A DNA stretch of 64,000 nt from the NCBI GenBank assembly GCA_028534125.1, contig CM052818.1, forward strand, positions 25,422,001 to 25,486,000, read 5' to 3'. Below the pieces are notes generated by a model that was not told the DNA's origin, made no database searches, and saw nothing but the letters and a program-made list of their open reading frames with translations. This document shows, piece after piece, positions 61,505 to 64,000 of this stretch (its first letter is position 1; each line of letters starts with the position of its first letter). Origin of the DNA: Lama glama. Taxonomy: Eukaryota. Position numbers and translations under genes: made by a program.

Positions 61505-61658
61505 CTTATCAGCGGCCTGTGTATCTGCTTTTGACCACACTCTGCTTAACAGACCTCCTCATGTTGGGTGGGTAGTCACCAGTGTGCCCAACTTAGTACT
61601 CCTGGTGTTGCCACTAGAGTGAATACCTACTTCCTGGTTTCTTGGGGCAGGGTGGGGC
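61505..61658. promoter_or_regulatory. Candidate intronic enhancer (GATA/RUNX/ETS/KLF motifs)
   Basis: CTTATCA 61505, GACCACA 61533, ACTTCCTG 61629, AGGGTGGGGC 61649 in a locally GC-richer patch. Confidence 0.35.
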
Positions 61659-61893
61659 TGGCAGGAAAGAGCTGCTGTGTCTACATTCTTAAGTCATCTG
61701 AACCTATTCCATTCAGTACAAAGTAGCAGAAAGTTCCATTGCTTAAGTTTTTCAAAAGGCAAAGTTTGACTAGAATTTTTGATCTGTTATAATAGTATTT
61801 TTTTGCTCCTTATAGTTTTTTTCCAAAATAATCTGCTTTAAAACCAAAAATTAATCTTTTCAGCCAGTATCTGTTGCACATCTCATTTCTTAC

Positions 61894-62080
61894 TAAGCAC
61901 TTACACATCTTCTCTGGTAAGGCTTGCAGTCTTACTGAGAGATGAAAAATAATCATAGTACAGAGAAAATCACAGTTAAATGCTTAACCATTATTAAATG
62001 CTATGGTTCTCTTTGTACTATGATTTTTTTTCATCTCAGTAAGATTGCAGGCTTCACCACAGAAGATGTGTAAGTGCTTA
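61894..62080. repeat. Long imperfect inverted repeat (82/80-bp arms, 25-nt spacer)
   Basis: 61894-61975 versus reverse complement of 62001-62080: 70/80 identities plus a 2-nt gap; outer 20 bp perfect (TAAGCACTTACACATCTTCT). Confidence 0.92.
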
Positions 62081-62702
62081 TTAGCAAAATGCTCAGTGAC
62101 TGGTGAAGAGATAAATGCTATAGAAGTTTACACAAAAATGACCACAGAATGGACAAGAATGGCCATGGAAAGCTTTATGGTGAAGACAGAGAAGGAAGGA
62201 AACTGGCCACCTGCTTAGTGCTGCTACATACACCCTCACAGTCAGAGCCCTGCTCCACACCTTGCCCTGGCCAGGTCCATCTCTGAAGTGATGGCGCCAG
62301 TGGCCTGGAAAAAAGGTGGCCCAGCTTGCTGCGTTGTATGTGCTGCTGCAAGGAGCGAGGAGGATGAAGTGCTCTTGGTACCTTCTTGTTTGAAGGTTGC
62401 CTGGTCATAAAAGGGAGCCGCAGGTCTGGCCTGGTCTGTGTGCTACAGATGAGCTTTAGCCCCATCCCTTAGTAGGGAAAGCTTTGACAAGAAAAAAATG
62501 TACTTCAGGCATTTCAAGCAGGAATGCAAGGCTTTTCTTCATAGAAGACTGTTGTAGGCGATTAGTTTCTGATCTCAAATACATTTGCATTTAACAGGCT
62601 TTTGTGAGTTTAAGAAGTTATCCATGATTTATATTTTTTTATAGGAAAATGCTTGTTCCTATTTCAAGAATGACTCAATTATAAATTGGAGATTATCTTC
62701 AA

Positions 62703-62871
62703 CAGTGGTTTTAACCCTGACTGTACATTATAACCCCCTGGGGAACTTAAAAAAAAACTACCTATGTGCCCAGCCCATGCTTGAATTAGGCTGGCATTGG
62801 CACATGGGTATCAATATTTTTTAAAAGCTCCACAGGGGGATCTAATGTGTAGCTACAATGGACAACCACTG
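62703..62871. mobile_element. MER5A/B-like hAT MITE
   Basis: cagtggttttaaccctgactgtacattataaccccctggggaactt...aaaagctccacagggggatctaatgtgtagc...acaaccactg. Confidence 0.75.
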
Positions 62872-63776
62872 GTCTGTTGTCTGGGATTTGTACTTAACAA
62901 ATTAATACTACTTTTTTGATTAATTTGATTTCACTCCTAAGTCATTACCAATAAATGTGTTCAGTACCTAGCTGACAAGAATTCCTAGTATATATTTTTT
63001 TATGTATATGTGTGGGTATACTATATATATATATAGTAGAATTCCAAAAGAGTTTTTAATAGCATTTTCCAGGCAGTGAGACCAAGCAATTAGTTTAAAG
63101 TGGCAAATTTTAAAAGTGCCCTAAATTTACACATGAATCTAAGCCTGTGCTGTATATAAATATGATCAAAGCCGTCTACATCTGTGTGCACAACTATGTA
63201 TGCATAGCTATAATCATTCTTTCTAAAAGCCTGCAGTTGGTAGCTGTCATGAGCTTTATGTTTAGGTTTTATTCCTATATTGTACTAAGTATACGACCAC
63301 GTTCTTGAGGCTTATCTCTAGAAGACATGTTTATTCCCTTTCCAAGAAAAGTGGAAAACATATAGGTAGCAAACGCTAGAGCTCTTTAACCTTTAACCCC
63401 TGTTATGCTAATGAAGAGAATCTAGGTTTTAGTGAAGAGAATCTTTGACACAGCAACAGTGTCATTTAATATTAAAGTATAGAAATGAATTTTAATATTC
63501 TGAGAGGTAACTATTAGAATTAGCTAGATTGCTACCCTTAGTAAACATGGCCTCCAAATAAACATCAGTACATACGGAGAGGAGGTAATAGGATGGAATG
63601 TTTGAAATTGGGGCTGTCTAGGAAGTAAGACGACTGTATCTATATAAGCAGTCAAATTAATAGTCCTGCCAGCTGAACCTGGAATGTAAAGTTATCTTCA
63701 TTCTGACCAAAGAAGCTGGAAAAAGCAATAGTCCTAATTATTTGAGTGATTACCTGTTGTGCAAAAACAAGAGAGA

Positions 63777-63910
63777 GGGGGTGGGTATTACCAGTGGTAG
63801 GGTGCATGCTTACCATGCACAAGGTCCTAGGTTCAATCCCCAGTACCTCCATTAAAAAATTTAAAAATATATAAATAAATAAATAAACTTAGTTACCTAC
63901 CCACCCCAAA
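63777..63910 (+). mobile_element. tRNA-derived SINE (camelid Vic-1 type)
   Basis: gggggtgggtattaccagtggtagggtgcatgcttaccatgcacaaggtcctaggttcaatccccagtacctcc...; likely TSD AAGAGAGAG. Confidence 0.9.
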
Positions 63911-64000
63911 AAGAGAGAGAAACCTGAATTTTTAAAAATAATCTCAGTCTATTGTTATAGGTATTGTTTTAGTCTCTTGGCTATTATCTGTTCAGTATGT

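Noticed and set aside
63073..63120. ttttccag|GCAGTGAGACC as possible SOS1 exon 21
   Set aside because: It translates to SSETKQLV-stop, not the expected SNDTVFIQVTLPHGP. Exon 21 is not in the window.

Overview
This is AT-rich mammalian genomic DNA containing the internal part of SOS1 (Son of sevenless homolog 1, a Ras GEF) on the + strand. There are 18 consecutive coding exons (exons 3-20 in human numbering, about residues 72-1115: histone-fold, DH, PH, REM, Cdc25 and the start of the Pro-rich tail). All are bounded by AG/GT and join in frame with no stops. Exons 1-2 and 21-23 lie outside the window. The introns carry LINE-1, L2, MIR, hAT/Tigger DNA-transposon and LTR remnants, plus four tRNA-derived SINEs of the camelid Vic-1 type, which suggests a camel, llama or alpaca genome. 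I found no prokaryote-type or clearly novel multi-gene system. The most unusual unexplained features cluster in intron 20: an ~80-bp-arm inverted repeat, an adjacent GC-rich 299-bp segment flanked by 10-bp direct repeats, an enhancer-like motif cluster and a splice-regulatory block. Intron 6 holds a triple-nested LINE-1 insertion. Repeat family names and human comparisons come from my recall of consensus sequences, not from a search, and repeat boundaries are approximate.
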